A stretch of 64,000 bases of DNA from Octopus sinensis (GCF_006345805.1 NC_043005.1:108376001-108440000); one strand, 5' to 3'; counted from the stretch's first letter, positions 23,819-37,119 are shown. Made by a program: numbers and translations. Notes: a model not told the origin generated them from the letters alone.

Positions 23819-24044
23819 ATGCACAACACATACTCTACCTAATCAGTAGAGTAAAATGACACAAAATGTGCAGCAGTAAAATTATCCATCTGAACCAAAC
23901 AAACTATGCATTGAGTTTTGAAATTGCTAATATCATCTGCCAGCCACAACTCGTGACAGCGGTATCATAATTTTTTTTTTTATGACTGAATGGGATTTGA
24001 ACTTGCAATGCATCTTGTCCAATGCTCTGATGTTTCTACCAATC

Positions 24045-24275
24045 CACGAGCTGGCAGAGGCGTTAGCACTCTGGACGAAATGCTTAGCAGTATTTCGTCT
24101 GCTGCTGCGTTCTGAGTTCAAATTCCGCCGAGGTCGACTTTGCCTTTCATCCTTTCAGAGTCAATTAAATAAGTACCAGTTACACACTACGATTGATATT
24201 ATCAACTTAATCCATTTGTCTGTCCTTGTTTGTCCTCTCTGTGTTTAGCCCCTTGAGGGTAGTAAAGAAATAGGA
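24045..24275 (+). mobile_element. SINE family B
   Basis: Full-length match. Confidence 0.9.
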
Positions 24276-25511
24276 TTGGAACAGCTTTGAACCGGAACTG
24301 TTTTTATTGAACTAGAACTAGAAAAGACGTAAGCCAATGTTGACCTCAGTGAGATTTGAACTCAGAATGCAGAGAACTGGAACAAATAGCATATGGTAGT
24401 CTATCCAAAGCTCTAATAACTTTGCTAGTTCACTGCCTTAACGTGTACTGTTACATAATTGACACTCATTGCTCTGATAGCAACGATTGAAACATAACTT
24501 GTACTCTGCCCAGTTGTCACCTTGCAATATAAAGTAACTCTCACTTCATACATACAACAAACAAAATACTAGAATAAGCAGAACAAAAAGAAATCCCCAT
24601 ACCAAAGCAAAAATTAATGTAGCATACAAACACATTTCTACATCCCTAAATAATAATGTGGTTACACATCTTAGGAACAGGGATGGACATCAAATGGTGC
24701 ATTAACAAACTTAGGTAAAACTGTTGAAAATATGACGACAATTGTGGCTGCTGTTGTTGCTGGTATGGCATGACATGGTGTGGCATGGTCAAAAAGTTGA
24801 CCCTCAGATGAAAATATAATTTGATTAGCATGACTTTCCTTATGATAGTAGAACTATTCAAGCAGAGGTTCATTATCCAAAAAATTCCAACAGAGAACAG
24901 CCCAACAGGAAGTCTTTTATGAAGCAAAACTGATTCTTCTGAGAATTCAAAAGAACCTATATAATAAGGAAATTATGTTTTATTCCATATAATGCAGCTA
25001 ATACCGAAATAAAATAAGAAACAAACCAAAAGTTTTAATATGCTTTATGCTAACCAATGTAAACTAAACCCTGGCTTAGTGGAATCTTTGTTAGAGGTCC
25101 TGGGAAGAAAAAAATTAGGAAAAATTATTAAACTGTACATCTTGAGAAGAATCTCAGAACAATTAAATATTATACCATGTAACAGAATTCATGCTAGATT
25201 GGAGGGGAAATATAAGAAATTCCATTTGAAGAACCTAAAGGCTGTATAATATATGTTTATATTGGTTGTGAAAGTACTTTGCAGGAGGGATCGAATATAT
25301 ACATTTATATATATAACTAAAAATATGTAATCATTAAGGCAGAAGGTTTATAACAGAAAATGTGGCAAAACAAGGTACCAATCAAATAAGGATGAATTAC
25401 TTCTACAGTATTCAAAGAAGTTTGGTTAAAAATCTGGTAATAGAAGAAAAAATATCTTACTAGAAAATTTGTCATTGCTAGTTCAAAGAATGCTTGAAAA
25501 TGATAGGAGTA

Positions 25512-27047
25512 CAGCCTTGGCCAAAAGTATTAAGCAATCCCAATGTTTTGGGGTTCTGCTATCTCAATGTTAATGAAACTTGTTCACATGGTAGATTATG
25601 GTATATCTCACAATATACATTAGTTTTAATATCTGGCTGACCCTCCTTTAGCATCAATTACTGATTTTATAAGGTTAGGCATTGAATCAACTAGTTTCTT
25701 GCAGGGGCTAGGTGCAATTTTACTCCATTCTTCTCTCAATGTTTGGTACAAATGCTCTTTATTTTCATTTGTTGTGTTCCTGATAGCTTCACCAAGAGTT
25801 CCCAATCGGTGTTCGATCAAATTTAGATCAGGACTTTGAGCTGAACAGTCTGTAGGAACGACTCCCTGTGTTGATGAGTATTCTTTGCTGTATGACATGG
25901 AGCATTGTCCTGTTGAAAGATAACACTGTTTTTCAACATCCCTGGATGCAATTTAGCAATTGATGGCTCTAAAACATCTGATAACATAGAGACATAGATA
26001 GCTGAATTCATACTTACCTGGCATAAAAACATTTCTCTGGGTCCTGTGGCAGACATGCAGGCCTACACTGTGACAGAACCACTCCCATGCTTTATGGTTG
26101 GTAAGAGACATTCAGCCTTAAATGCTTCTCCAAGTCTGCAACGCATGGAAGTTGCACCAAATGTACTGAAAACCTGAGTAAAAACACGAAAAATAATATT
26201 AGCTTTATGTTGAATACTTTTTTTATATATTTTAGGCAACAAACCAGTTACATTAAGTTAATATGTTGATTGAATACCTGTACTATCTTACCTCATAGTT
26301 ACTTCCATCAGATCATATGACTTTTGACCATTGCTCACTGGTTCAATTTGAGTGGTTTTTGGCCCACAGAAGACGGTTTTCCATATTTGCTTCAGAAACC
26401 CATAGCTTCTTCCTAGCTTTACAGCCTTTCAGACTGTACTCTACAAGCCTTCTTCTAACAGTTCTGGTTGATATTTGTGAAGTATTTTCTTTGTTGAAGT
26501 CTGCACAGAGCTCCAACAATGTTTTGCTTCTGTTTCTGAGCAACTGACAGATGATGGATCTATCATCACGAGGTGATGTAACATTTTTTTCTGCCTGTTC
26601 TTTGTATTGTCGTCACATCTTTTGTCTCTCTGAAGTTCTTGAGTGTCGTTTTGCACTGTACATCGAGACCATTTCATCTTCTGAGCAATTTGCCTTTGAG
26701 ACATTCCATCTTCATGATGAGCTACGATTTGACCTCATTCAACACTCACTCAACTCCCTTGTTTTAGGCATTTTATTGTTTATTAACTGTATCTACAATG
26801 TATTTTAGCATAAAATTCTGAAATCAAGGAAACATAAGATAATTCTGGACATTGGTCTAACTCATAATTAGTTGCATATGTACAGTACAGTATAAAAGCA
26901 GTAATTGATACTAAAGCAGAGTCAACCAGATATTAAAACTAATGCATATTGTGAAATATACCACAATCTACTGTGTGCAGGAGTTTCATTAACATTGAGA
27001 TAGCAGAACCCTAAAACATTGGGGTGGCCTAATACTTTTAGCCAGGA
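25512..27047 (-). mobile_element. Tc1-family DNA transposon, near full length, with long TIRs
   Basis: TA|CAGCCTTGGCCAAAAGTATT left end; inverted copy about 26890-27047 (TIR roughly 130-160 bp, right tip eroded); decayed transposase inside. Confidence 0.9.
25626..26771 (-). pseudogene. Tc1-like DDE transposase pseudogene with one predicted intron (26174-26291)
   Basis: MPKTRELSE..GMSQRQIAQKMK (HTH), ISTRTVRRRL, *SDGSNYE|VFSTFG, KHGSGSVTV*, FQQDNAPCHTAK, QSPDLNLIEH, DSMPNLIKSVIDAKGGSARY*; multiple stops and frameshifts. Confidence 0.9.
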
Positions 27048-27219
27048 ATTTTGGACTCGTATCCTATGTGCAACTTAAAATTTTCACTATCTGAGTTCTA
27101 TAAATGATGGAATTAATCTATAATGAACCTGATTCATGTATTTTATCAAAAAGAAACTGAATTCTTAATTTTGAACATGAAATGATTACATATTTTATGG
27201 AAAGTCTAGAGACTCTCTC

Positions 27220-27626
27220 TCTCTTTACTCTTTTACTTGTTTCAGTCATTTGACTGCGGCCGTGCTGGAGCACCGCCTTTAATCGAGCAACTCGACCCCG
27301 GGACTTATTCTTTTGTAAGCCCAGTACTTATTCTATCGGTCTCTTTTGCCAAACCGCTAAGTAACGGGGACATAAACACGCCAGCATTGGTTGTCAAGCA
27401 ATGCTAGGGGGAGAAACACAGACACACAAACACACACCCGCATATATATATACATATATACGACGGGCTTCTTTCAGTTTCCATCTACCAAATCCACTCA
27501 CAAGGCTTTGGTCGGCCCGAGGCTATAGTAGAAGACACTTGCCCAAGGTGCCATGCAGTGGGACTGAACCCGGAACCATGTGGTTGGTTAGCAACCTACT
27601 TACCACACAGCCACTCCTGCGCCTAT
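27220..27626 (-). mobile_element. SINE family A
   Basis: Full-length reverse-complement match. Confidence 0.9.
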
Positions 27627-28291
27627 ATTTATTATTTATTTAAGTAAACTTAGTTTTATAGACAGCTTGCTGGCTAGACACCTTGAGTGATTCAGAGTAT
27701 AATTGAAAGATAGTCAGCTACAACATGTATTTCTGAAACTTCAAAATTCTGCTATAATTTTCTTTTTAAACACTTCAAGCATTGTCATTGTTTGTTATTG
27801 CCTAACATCAGGTCAGCTCTGATGGGGGCAAATCTATGGTCAAAGATTTTCAGGCTGTTACCATTCTGTCTATTCCTTGTGTGAGAGAACTTGTATTGTA
27901 CCTTCTAACATGTACATTTTTAAGATAGTAGGATATGGTTCATGAGCTACTATTGCCAGCTGAATGATCAACCATGTAGAGGAGCTCATATTGGTTCATC
28001 TTTCTGTGTTTGAAATATATGTGCCAAAATGAGGTATGGCTGTGTTGTTAAGAAATTTGATTTACAATCATTTGGTACTAATTTCAATCTTCCTTCTGTT
28101 CTATGATACCCTGAATAAGTTCCTTACACTATAGTCCTGGACAAAACCAAATTTTCTTTGTGAGACTGGGTAGAGAAAAAACTGCCTGGAATCACATAGT
28201 TTAGACTGTAACTATTTTGGTTTGGGTAGAATTGATCTGCCATTAGTTTAACCCCACTATTTTGTCCTTGGGTAATTTAGTGACGTTAGGT

Positions 28292-28592
28292 GGAGGCACA
28301 TGGCTTAGTGGTTAGAGCAGTGGACTCGCAGTCGAGGGATCGCGGGTTCGAATCTCAGACCGGGTGATGTGTGTGTTTATGAGCGAAACACCTAAGCTCC
28401 ACGCGGCTCCGGCAGAAGGTAATGGTGAACTTCTACTGACTCTTTCACCACAACTTTCTCTCACTCTTTCCTCCTGCATCTTGCAGATCACCTGCAATGG
28501 ACCAGCGTCCTGTCAAGATGGGGAACCTATACACCAAGGAAACCAGGAAACTGGCCCTTATGATCCAGGCATGGCTCGAGAAGGAACAAAAA
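28292..28592 (+). mobile_element. tRNA-derived SINE with a V-domain-like body (family C)
   Basis: A box TGGCTTAGTGG (28301-28311), B box GGTTCGAATCT (28345-28355); CCTGCAATGGACCAGCGTCCTGTC resembles the V-SINE domain as I recall it. Confidence 0.7.
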
Positions 28593-28989
28593 AATTAGTG
28601 ACGTTCTCACCATTACAGGTGTTCAGGTCAGGCCTCCAGTTTGATTATGACTTCCTGCTTCCCATTAATTTCAGATTTTCTGCCAAAAATCATAGCTAAC
28701 AGCATTTCTTCTCTGATTTAGCCTCTAAAAGGATTCTGTTAAGACTGATAGTAATTTTAACACCTTAACACCTTAATATTTCCAGCCATCTCTCTGAACA
28801 AATAAAGGGAACTTCTACATGGTCATTTAACCTGTTAGAAATAGCTATTATGACATCACACTCAAAATATACTCCAGCATCTCAACAAAAAAGAGGAGCA
28901 CATTGGTTATGAAATACAGGATGGTGTATATTCTAACATTTTTAACACTGAGTCTATTCAATCAGTAGTGATCTGCAGTCAAATAATAA

Positions 28990-29330
28990 CCTGACATACA
29001 GTGTGCTTTGTTTCTAAATTCACTTTTGATCTTATACCGAATTCTTCTGGCACCATACAGCTTTTACCTTGAATACTTCAATGATTCATCACGTCTTTCT
29101 GACATTGTCACTGACACCTTTCTTACAAATCCTGTGGCGCTAATTTCTTTACTCAACATTTAAATGCTTCAAAAATAATTAGTATTCTCTCTTCTCCTTT
29201 TATACAAGGTACCTACATCATATTAACACCACTGTATATGTCTTTCGATACTCCATATTTAGTTGCAGCCTTTTCAGTCTTCCTATCAAAACTAACAATT
29301 TTCTTTTCATTCCTCCTCTATAACTAAAAA
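28990..29330 (-). mobile_element. Possible pogo/Tigger-like transposase N-terminal remnant
   Basis: Minus-strand fragment KAATKYGVSKD resembles the psq-type HTH (A.KYGV.KST); heavily decayed. Confidence 0.35.
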
Positions 29331-29379
29331 AAAATATGAAATGCGTGTTAAAAACCAAAATCATATTTCTCACATTTAG

Positions 29380-29680
29380 CTTAGCCGGAAGTAATCCTTC
29401 CTAAATATTGTTTCATACAGGTTTCCTTTATCTTATCTAATTCTCTCATGCTCAAGTATTTATAGCACTCAATGCCTGATAGTTTTATGTCTTCCTTATA
29501 ACATAAATATAACCCATTACTTTCTAACATTTTTTTTTTTTCCTTTTCACTTTCAAGACTCCACACATCTTAATTCCAAATTCCTTTCCAATATTTTCAT
29601 CAAACCTCCTTGTATAGTTTATATTAAAATTCCTATTCGATATTTTCTTTGCAGAGAGCTTCAAGTCAACCAGAAATATA
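29380..29680 (-). mobile_element. R4/Dong-like RT C-terminal remnant
   Basis: Fragments NIGKEFGIKMCGVLKVKR and ECYKYLSMRELDKIK resemble DIGMEFG..KC..L.MKRG and YKYLGILE.D.IK. Confidence 0.6.
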
Positions 29681-29964
29681 AAATAATTGACATAATGATG
29701 CTTACATTTCAACACATACTAACACTTTAGAATTTGTGGTGATATCAAGACAATCATCCTTACTGCAACACTGTGGAAACAGTCAACAATCATAGCAAAC
29801 ACCACTTGAATTTTTCGTAAATTTTGATTAGAATAGGTTTTGTTTTCTATAATGCATGCATTTTAAATCAGCTCTTTTACATATTTTTGCTATGTAAAGT
29901 TGTTATAATAACCTTGTACAGTTCTGAATTTGTATAACTTCAGTTTCATATTCGTTAGAATTAC

Positions 29965-30190
29965 ATCATCATCATCATCATCATCGTTTAACGTCCGTTT
30001 TCCATGCTAGCATGAGTTGGACGGTTCGACCGGGGTCTGGGAAGCCAGGAGGCTGCACCAGGCTCCAGTCTGATCTGGCAGTGTTTCTACAGCTGGATGC
30101 CCTTCCTAATGCCAACCACTCCGTGAGTGTAGCGGGTGCTTTTTATGTGCCACCAGCCACAATCAGTTGGTGCTTTTTACGTGCCACTTT
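29965..30190 (-). mobile_element. Family D retroposon 3' end
   Basis: (CAT)n-CGTTTAACGTCCGTTTTCCATGCTAGCATG...CAGCTGGATGCCCTTCCTAATGCCAACC. Confidence 0.85.
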
Positions 30191-30296
30191 TACGTGACAA
30201 TTTTAAATAAATTTATTTTTGAAAATATAAGTTTCTCAGCTTGTCAAATGCCATTAGGTGTTGCCTTTCTTTGGGCTATTAACTGAAATGAATTAA

Positions 30297-30707
30297 GGCA
30301 GTGAGCTGGCAGAAACGTTAGCGCACCAGGCGAAATGCTTAGCAGTATTTCGTCTGCCGCTACGTTCTGAGTTCAAATTCCGCCAAGGTCGACTTTGTCT
30401 TTCATCCTTTCGGGGTCGATTAACTAAGTACCAGTTACGCACTGGGGTCGATGTAATCGACTTAATCCGTTTGTCTGTCCTTGTTTGTCCCCTCTGTGTT
30501 TAGCCTCTTGTGTGTATAGTAAAGAGATAGGTATTTCATCTGCCATTACGTTCTGAGTTCAAATTCTGCCAAGGTCGACTTTGCCTTTCATTCTTTCGGG
30601 GTCAATTAAATAAGTACCAGTTATGCACTGGGGTCGATTTAATCGACTTAAACCCTTTGTCTGTCCTTGTGTGTCCCCTCTATGTTTAGCCTCTTGTGGG
30701 CAATAAT
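30297..30707 (+). mobile_element. Two tandem SINE family B copies (second 5'-truncated)
   Basis: Copy 1 at about 30297-30530 and copy 2 at about 30530-30707. Confidence 0.9.
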
Positions 30708-31169
30708 GAAATATATTAACTGAAATGAATAACCTTCTTATCAAATAAATCACGTTTTAATAGGTTAGATAATAAGAGTGATGTTGAGTTGCAAGATTTA
30801 ATCTAGTCTGGTACAGCATGAATACCCATGAATAACACCTGATTTTAACATAGTGTCTGCTTCCTTCTTTTCTAAGGCCTGCTCTAACCATTTTGCTCAG
30901 TCTTTCTTTCCCAGAATGTCATCCACCTGGAATTCACTCTATGCTCATATCTATTCTACAGGTATTAAATTGTAGCTATGCCTGAAGAGAATAATCCATG
31001 CCAATCTTACCTGTTTTGATGAAATGGTCACAGCTCCTTTTTTCTAACCAAACCAAAAAATAAAGAAAACAAAATTTAAAAACAAAAAAAGAAACAACTG
31101 AAAAGCAGTGTATGTATAAAGACTTATTCCTTATCTAGACATATATCCTATATTCTAGGAGAGGAACTG

Positions 31170-31530
31170 TTGTTGGTTATTTCTGTCCCAGTATTTGACT
31201 GATCCAGATTGTATGAATTTTCAAAAAGATGGCAGGTGAAGTCAACCCAGGAAGGATTTGAACTCAGGAAGTTAATATTCCAAGGTAGTTTGTCTTACAT
31301 CTTTGAAGAGATTTATATTTATATTAAGGGCATTACTATACATAAATGCCTCACACTAGGAGGGACTCTTAAAGTCAAAACTACCATAACAAACACATTC
31401 TGTCCCAGTATTTGACCGACCCAGATTGTATGAATTCTTGAAAAGATAGGAGGTGCAGTCAACCCAGGAAGGATTTGAACTCAGAAAGTTAGAATTCCAA
31501 GGCAGTTTGTCTTTTACCTTAGAAGCGATA
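31170..31530 (-). repeat. Diverged tandem duplication of a decayed family B SINE segment
   Basis: TTCTGTCCCAGTATTTGAC...GTCAACCCAGGAAGGATTTGAACTCAG occurs at about 31182 and 31398 and shares private variants. Confidence 0.7.
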
Positions 31531-33084
31531 TAGACCATTAAACAATGGTCTATAAAAATTACAGTCTTATATCTCTTATGAAGAAAATGTGGAAAACTTG
31601 TAGACTCATTAATTAAAGCATGAAATAGAATACCTCACAATATTCCTTCTTACAGTCTGCAATCTGTTCTCAAATCCCACCAAGGTTAACTTCATCTTTC
31701 CTTTTAGGATTGATAAAAAATACCAAACCAGGACAAATAGGTAGTGTGTCGGGCAAGATATGTGGTATATGTTTTGGTGACAACTGCAATGATTCTGGTG
31801 TCAAGCCATAAGCCACGTAAGCAGCCTTTCCCACTCTATATAAATCAGTTGTACAGAGAGGGGAAATTTACATGCAATGGGTAATTGCTAGCCATCCTCA
31901 AAATATTTTATCCAAACCTGCACATATTTGTGCAGAGGCATAGATAACTTTGACCTACATGTGATCCAATATGAAAAAAAATTGTGGCCATTGTAGTTGA
32001 TATTTTTGTTTAGCCCTAACTCAACCCAGATTTGATTTTTTCAAATAATTTTAATTAATTTTATTGTATTAGTTTAGAGTAGGAATTATAATCATTGCCT
32101 GTGAAGACTTGTATCAGTTCAAACATTCTATATTCTGAGTTCAAATCCCGTTCAGATTAAATTTGACTCTATCCTTCTGGGATTGGTTGATGAAATAAAG
32201 TTCAAAACGAAGGCAACAGTTTGGTGGAATTTTTCAAAGTGTTTGATAAAGTGTCTTACATCTTGTGTCCCAACCCTTCACATTCTGAGTTTATATGCAA
32301 CCTCACTAACGCCAAATTGTGTCAGCTTTCACCTTTCATTTGGATAACACCAGTGGCATGGAGACTAAAGATTTGTTGCGACGGCAATGACTGGACTTCA
32401 GTTACCAACAAATAACTTGTCTTGGCCTGTACTATGGACAATTCTCTATGTCCAGATATATGGCCAAGCCTGAACAATGGCGAACTTATCATATTTCTAA
32501 TGAAAACAGAAAGAATATCTTTGAGATAGTATTACACAGAGATACTTGGGTGGGGCTGGGGGTAATTAAAGTAAAAGGAATAAACTTTCCTAATTAGTGT
32601 CTAGCTGTGTTCTTGCATTGACAGTAATAATGCATCGTATAAAATGAAGTTATCAAATATTACAGTATTAAAGAATACCAGCAAAATTTCAACATTCAAT
32701 AATTCGTACATAATTTGATATATATGTGTGTATGCTTGCATGCATATCTACACACACATACGAATATAAGCATGCACCTACACATACATATGCATGTGTG
32801 TGTGAGTGTGTATAGATTTATATTTTTCTGTGAGTTCAAATATATGCACTGTATTAATCCATATCTTCAAATGTGTGTATCAATTTATGCATGCATGCAC
32901 CCTTACATAATACGTGCATGCATGTGCATGTAAATGCATTTTAAAAGAGGGTCTATATTCACATAAATAAGTATATATAAATATATATATATGCACAAAT
33001 AGATAGATACAATATGCACATACAAATGTGTACTCATACATTCATACATAAATACGTATATATGTGTGTTTATGCACGTGTGGG

Positions 33085-33141
<57 letters not shown>

Positions 33142-35022
33142 ATATATATAATATCTGTATCTGTAAATATATGATGTAGACACATCTTCATGATCTTGCA
33201 TGTTATATACATTTTAATAACATAAAATAACGGAAAGAGTATAAAAAATATATTACAATGTGATAAAAATTGATTTTGTTTTCATGCTTTTAGAGTAGAT
33301 AAAATATATATATACATTTTATTATGTTTAAAGTCATTGATTTTTTTTCCTTCTTCATCATGGCAACAACCATCAGCTTCACCATCACCATTACCCTTAT
33401 CATCAACATCATTGCCATAAGTAGTGGCGCCACTACCCCACACAATTTCAGCCTCTTTGCTGCCAAAGTGTTTTGTGTAAAGGTTAAAATCTGGAACATA
33501 TAACTAAATATTTTGCTTCATAGTTTTATAAAATACATGCACAGATTAAAGCAGAGATATGGAGATATATACACATATACACTTACAGGGATATATATGA
33601 TATTATCTTTGAGATAAAGAAATACATACATATATATACATATACATATACATATATATGTACATATATATAATATTATATATATATAACATATATATAT
33701 ATATTATATATATATATATATATACACACCTATATATATATACACCCACACATACATATATATATATATATATATACACACACATATATATACACACACA
33801 TACTTAAGTATGTATATATATATACGTGTCTATATACATACATTTATATATATTGTATATATATGTATGTATATACACCTAATTATATGTGTATTTAAAG
33901 ACATACACATACATGTAGAATAAATGGTCTCATCTCTATATTTGTCTATTGTAATTTAATTTTTTCTACACGTTATTTTTTCTTCTTTTACTTTTCCATA
34001 CAGTGTCGTTTTCAATAAAAAAAAAACTGAAAAGACAGAGAAGGGCGAGTGAAATAAAAACTAAAATATCATTATATATAAGTATATAAATTGAAAGAAA
34101 ATAATAAAGTGTAATAAAATAAAATATTTCCCCTAACCCACCTTGTAAAGGGAAATTAAGAAGAAAATAGATAAATTTGCAAACACAAAGTAATTTTTAT
34201 TGGCTGGCAAATAAAATTTTATCATATTGAAATTTATATATTCATACATTTTTATATATTTAGTTTTCTATTCATTTTTTCAGTTTTTAATATATATTTT
34301 ATATATATATATATTTTGTGAATTTAGATGTGTATATAGATATGTGTGGGTAAAGATGAATAAATAAAATGTATATATCCATGTTTATATATATGTATAT
34401 ATATGTGTGTGTGTGCGTGTATGTGCATATATATATTTATTTTTAGGCTATGTTTTTTATTCTTATCATCGATCTTTAGGAAATTTGAATGATGGGAAAT
34501 TTCATTGGTTTGATTTATTACATTTTAAAAAGATCAATAGTGTTGTGTGGCAGGGTGGGTAAGGTATGATTGTGTGTATGCATGCGTGTGAAAATATATA
34601 TGTGAATGTTACTGCCAGAGCTAGTATACAAGATATATATGTATGTGTGTGTATACATGTGTGTGTATACAAAAATCACATATACTTACTTACATATATA
34701 TATATATATATATATTATACATATATATGTACAAATATACATACATACATATATATACATACACATATATATATACATATATATATATATATATTTATAT
34801 GTATGTATATATATGTATATATATGTATGTATGTATATATACATGCACATTCACACATACCTACACACATTGCTTCTCTGTATTTTTTTTTACAATCAAT
34901 TAATCTTAATTTGAAATCTATAAAATGACTTTTGGTAAATGGTTGTTAAAATATTTTTGTCCATTGGTGATTAGCGATTAGCTTGGCTTTAAGGCTCTGG
35001 AGTTATGATGTCTGTCTGTTCA

Positions 35023-35041
35023 GGGGTGGGGTGGGGTAGGG
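35023..35041 (+). other. G-quadruplex motif
   Basis: GGGGTGGGGTGGGGTAGGG in very AT-rich unique DNA. Confidence 0.7.
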
Positions 35042-35072
35042 TATCAGCATACAGTGTCAAAGAATCAGTTAT

Positions 35073-35118
<46 letters not shown>

Positions 35119-35500
35119 CACACACATACCTTCCCACATATATATGTATATGTATGTATATACACACACATACACACATGTATAGACATACATGTATGTA
35201 CATGAATATGTGCATATAAAATGTTGGAATTCGAGATGCTATCGTTTGTTCTTTTTGTTATTTTTGCTGTTGAAATTTTCTTTTTTTTTTTATTAATGTT
35301 AAAGTTTTATTTTATGTTCCGTTTTTGAAGAGTTTAATCATATCAATACAATCGATTTTATTTATCTATATAAAGGTATTTATGTCTGACTGTACACTAA
35401 TATTATAAAATGTTCCCTCCCCAAACACTTAAAAAAAATTTCCAGAACACAAAGCAAAAGCAAAAAATACGATGTATGTAGTTTTTATGTGCGTGCACAT

Positions 35501-35556
<56 letters not shown>

Positions 35557-35574
35557 ATATCTATATATATATAT

Positions 35575-35608
<34 letters not shown>

Positions 35609-36393
35609 AATATATATATATATTATATATATATATATATATACTATATATATATGTATATATACACACGTATATTTGTATGTATGTATGTATGTATGAA
35701 TATGAGTGTGTTCATTTTTTTGTGAGTCTATATGAGAGTGTATGTAGGTATTTTTTTTAACAGTAGTGTACATTTTGCAGTTGAAGGGCTGAAGGACATA
35801 ACAACATGATAAAATAAATGAATAAATAGATATTTAGATAAATAGACTGATAAATGCACACACAGACACACACACACATATATACATACACATACATATA
35901 CATATGTATATACATAAATGCATAAATATATATATATATACTATGCACACACACATTTTATGATTTTATGAATGTATGTATATAGGTATGTGGAGATTTG
36001 ACAGATAGATAATTGTAAATGTTATTAGTGAAATAACAGGGTGAAATCCTATTATTGGATTTTTTTTAAAAAAAGGAGAAAAATAAAAACCTTTCATATA
36101 TATATGTCTATAATTATGTGTGTAATAGTATGTATATGTGTGTGTTTTTTTCTAGTATGACAGTGTCGATGTGTATTATGATGCGGATAAAAAAGACCTC
36201 TTTAAGAAATTGATAAATTGCATGTTAAACTCAAATGGGTCTGCTCTATCCTTGTTTCCCTTCAATTCTATGAGATTCACCCCGCCTCTAATTTACCCTG
36301 ATGTGATCTATGAAAGCAACACTCCACATTACCCTTAATCTTACCCCAGATTACCTAATACCTCTATATACTGTAAATATATGCCCACCCCTC

Positions 36394-36542
36394 TATAAAA
36401 CAGGATAATAATATACTCTGTTTATAAAGATATCACCTAAGTTGTAAACGTTTACTATGCTTCATTTACATAGTTTTTCTTTTGAGTTCATTACAGTGTT
36501 TCACCGTATCAAGCTTAAGTGTGTTGCTTCAACATGGTATGT
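36394..36542 (+). promoter_or_regulatory. Candidate TATA promoter plus first exon ending at ATG|GTATGT
   Basis: TATAAAA at 36394-36400; CAACATG|GTATGT at 36530-36542; lies in TE-free unique sequence; no downstream exon identified. Confidence 0.25.
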
Positions 36543-36848
36543 GACACTCTAGACATAACAGCTGATTCTTCCTCAGTTCATACTCTGCTCCATTAAGAGA
36601 ACGCTTTACTTAAAATAGCCCCAAATACACTATGTCCTATTGGTCGTCCTCTCTCTTCCCTTCTCCTCCTCCTTCTTCCACCTAACCTTCTCCCTCCTCC
36701 TCCTCCTTATTATCAACGTCATCATTGTCATCATTTTAATGTCTACTTGCATGAACCAGAAAGAATTTACTATGGCCCTCTTCTCACACCTGTTACCAAG
36801 CAAAGTAATAGTTTATTATACTTGCAAGCTGACCCTCCCGTCTAGGCG

Positions 36849-36891
<43 letters not shown>

Positions 36892-36900
<9 letters not shown>

Positions 36901-37097
36901 ATTCGAGACAAAACCACTATTTTAAAACCAAACAAGAAAAGACTTAATCAATACATAAAATTTTAATATAAATTAAATAAACCGCCACAACAATTGTTTC
37001 ATGTCTCGAATTATATTATATAATATTTTACTATAAAATTGGATTTAACCCTAAATCTGATTTTTCCCTGTAATTTTGGATTCATTCCCTAATATTT
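36892..37097. mobile_element. (TA)n-embedded element related to 18770-19302, rearranged
   Basis: AAAACCACTATT module plus the reverse complement of the 18770-18850 module; perfect 19-bp inverted repeat at 36892-36910 / 37002-37020. Confidence 0.75.
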
Positions 37098-37119
37098 ATT
37101 ATATATATATATATATATA

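Noticed and set aside
28292-28365. tRNA-like sequence with good A and B boxes
   Set aside because: It continues into a SINE body and does not form a complete cloverleaf with an acceptor stem; the same applies to the other SINE heads
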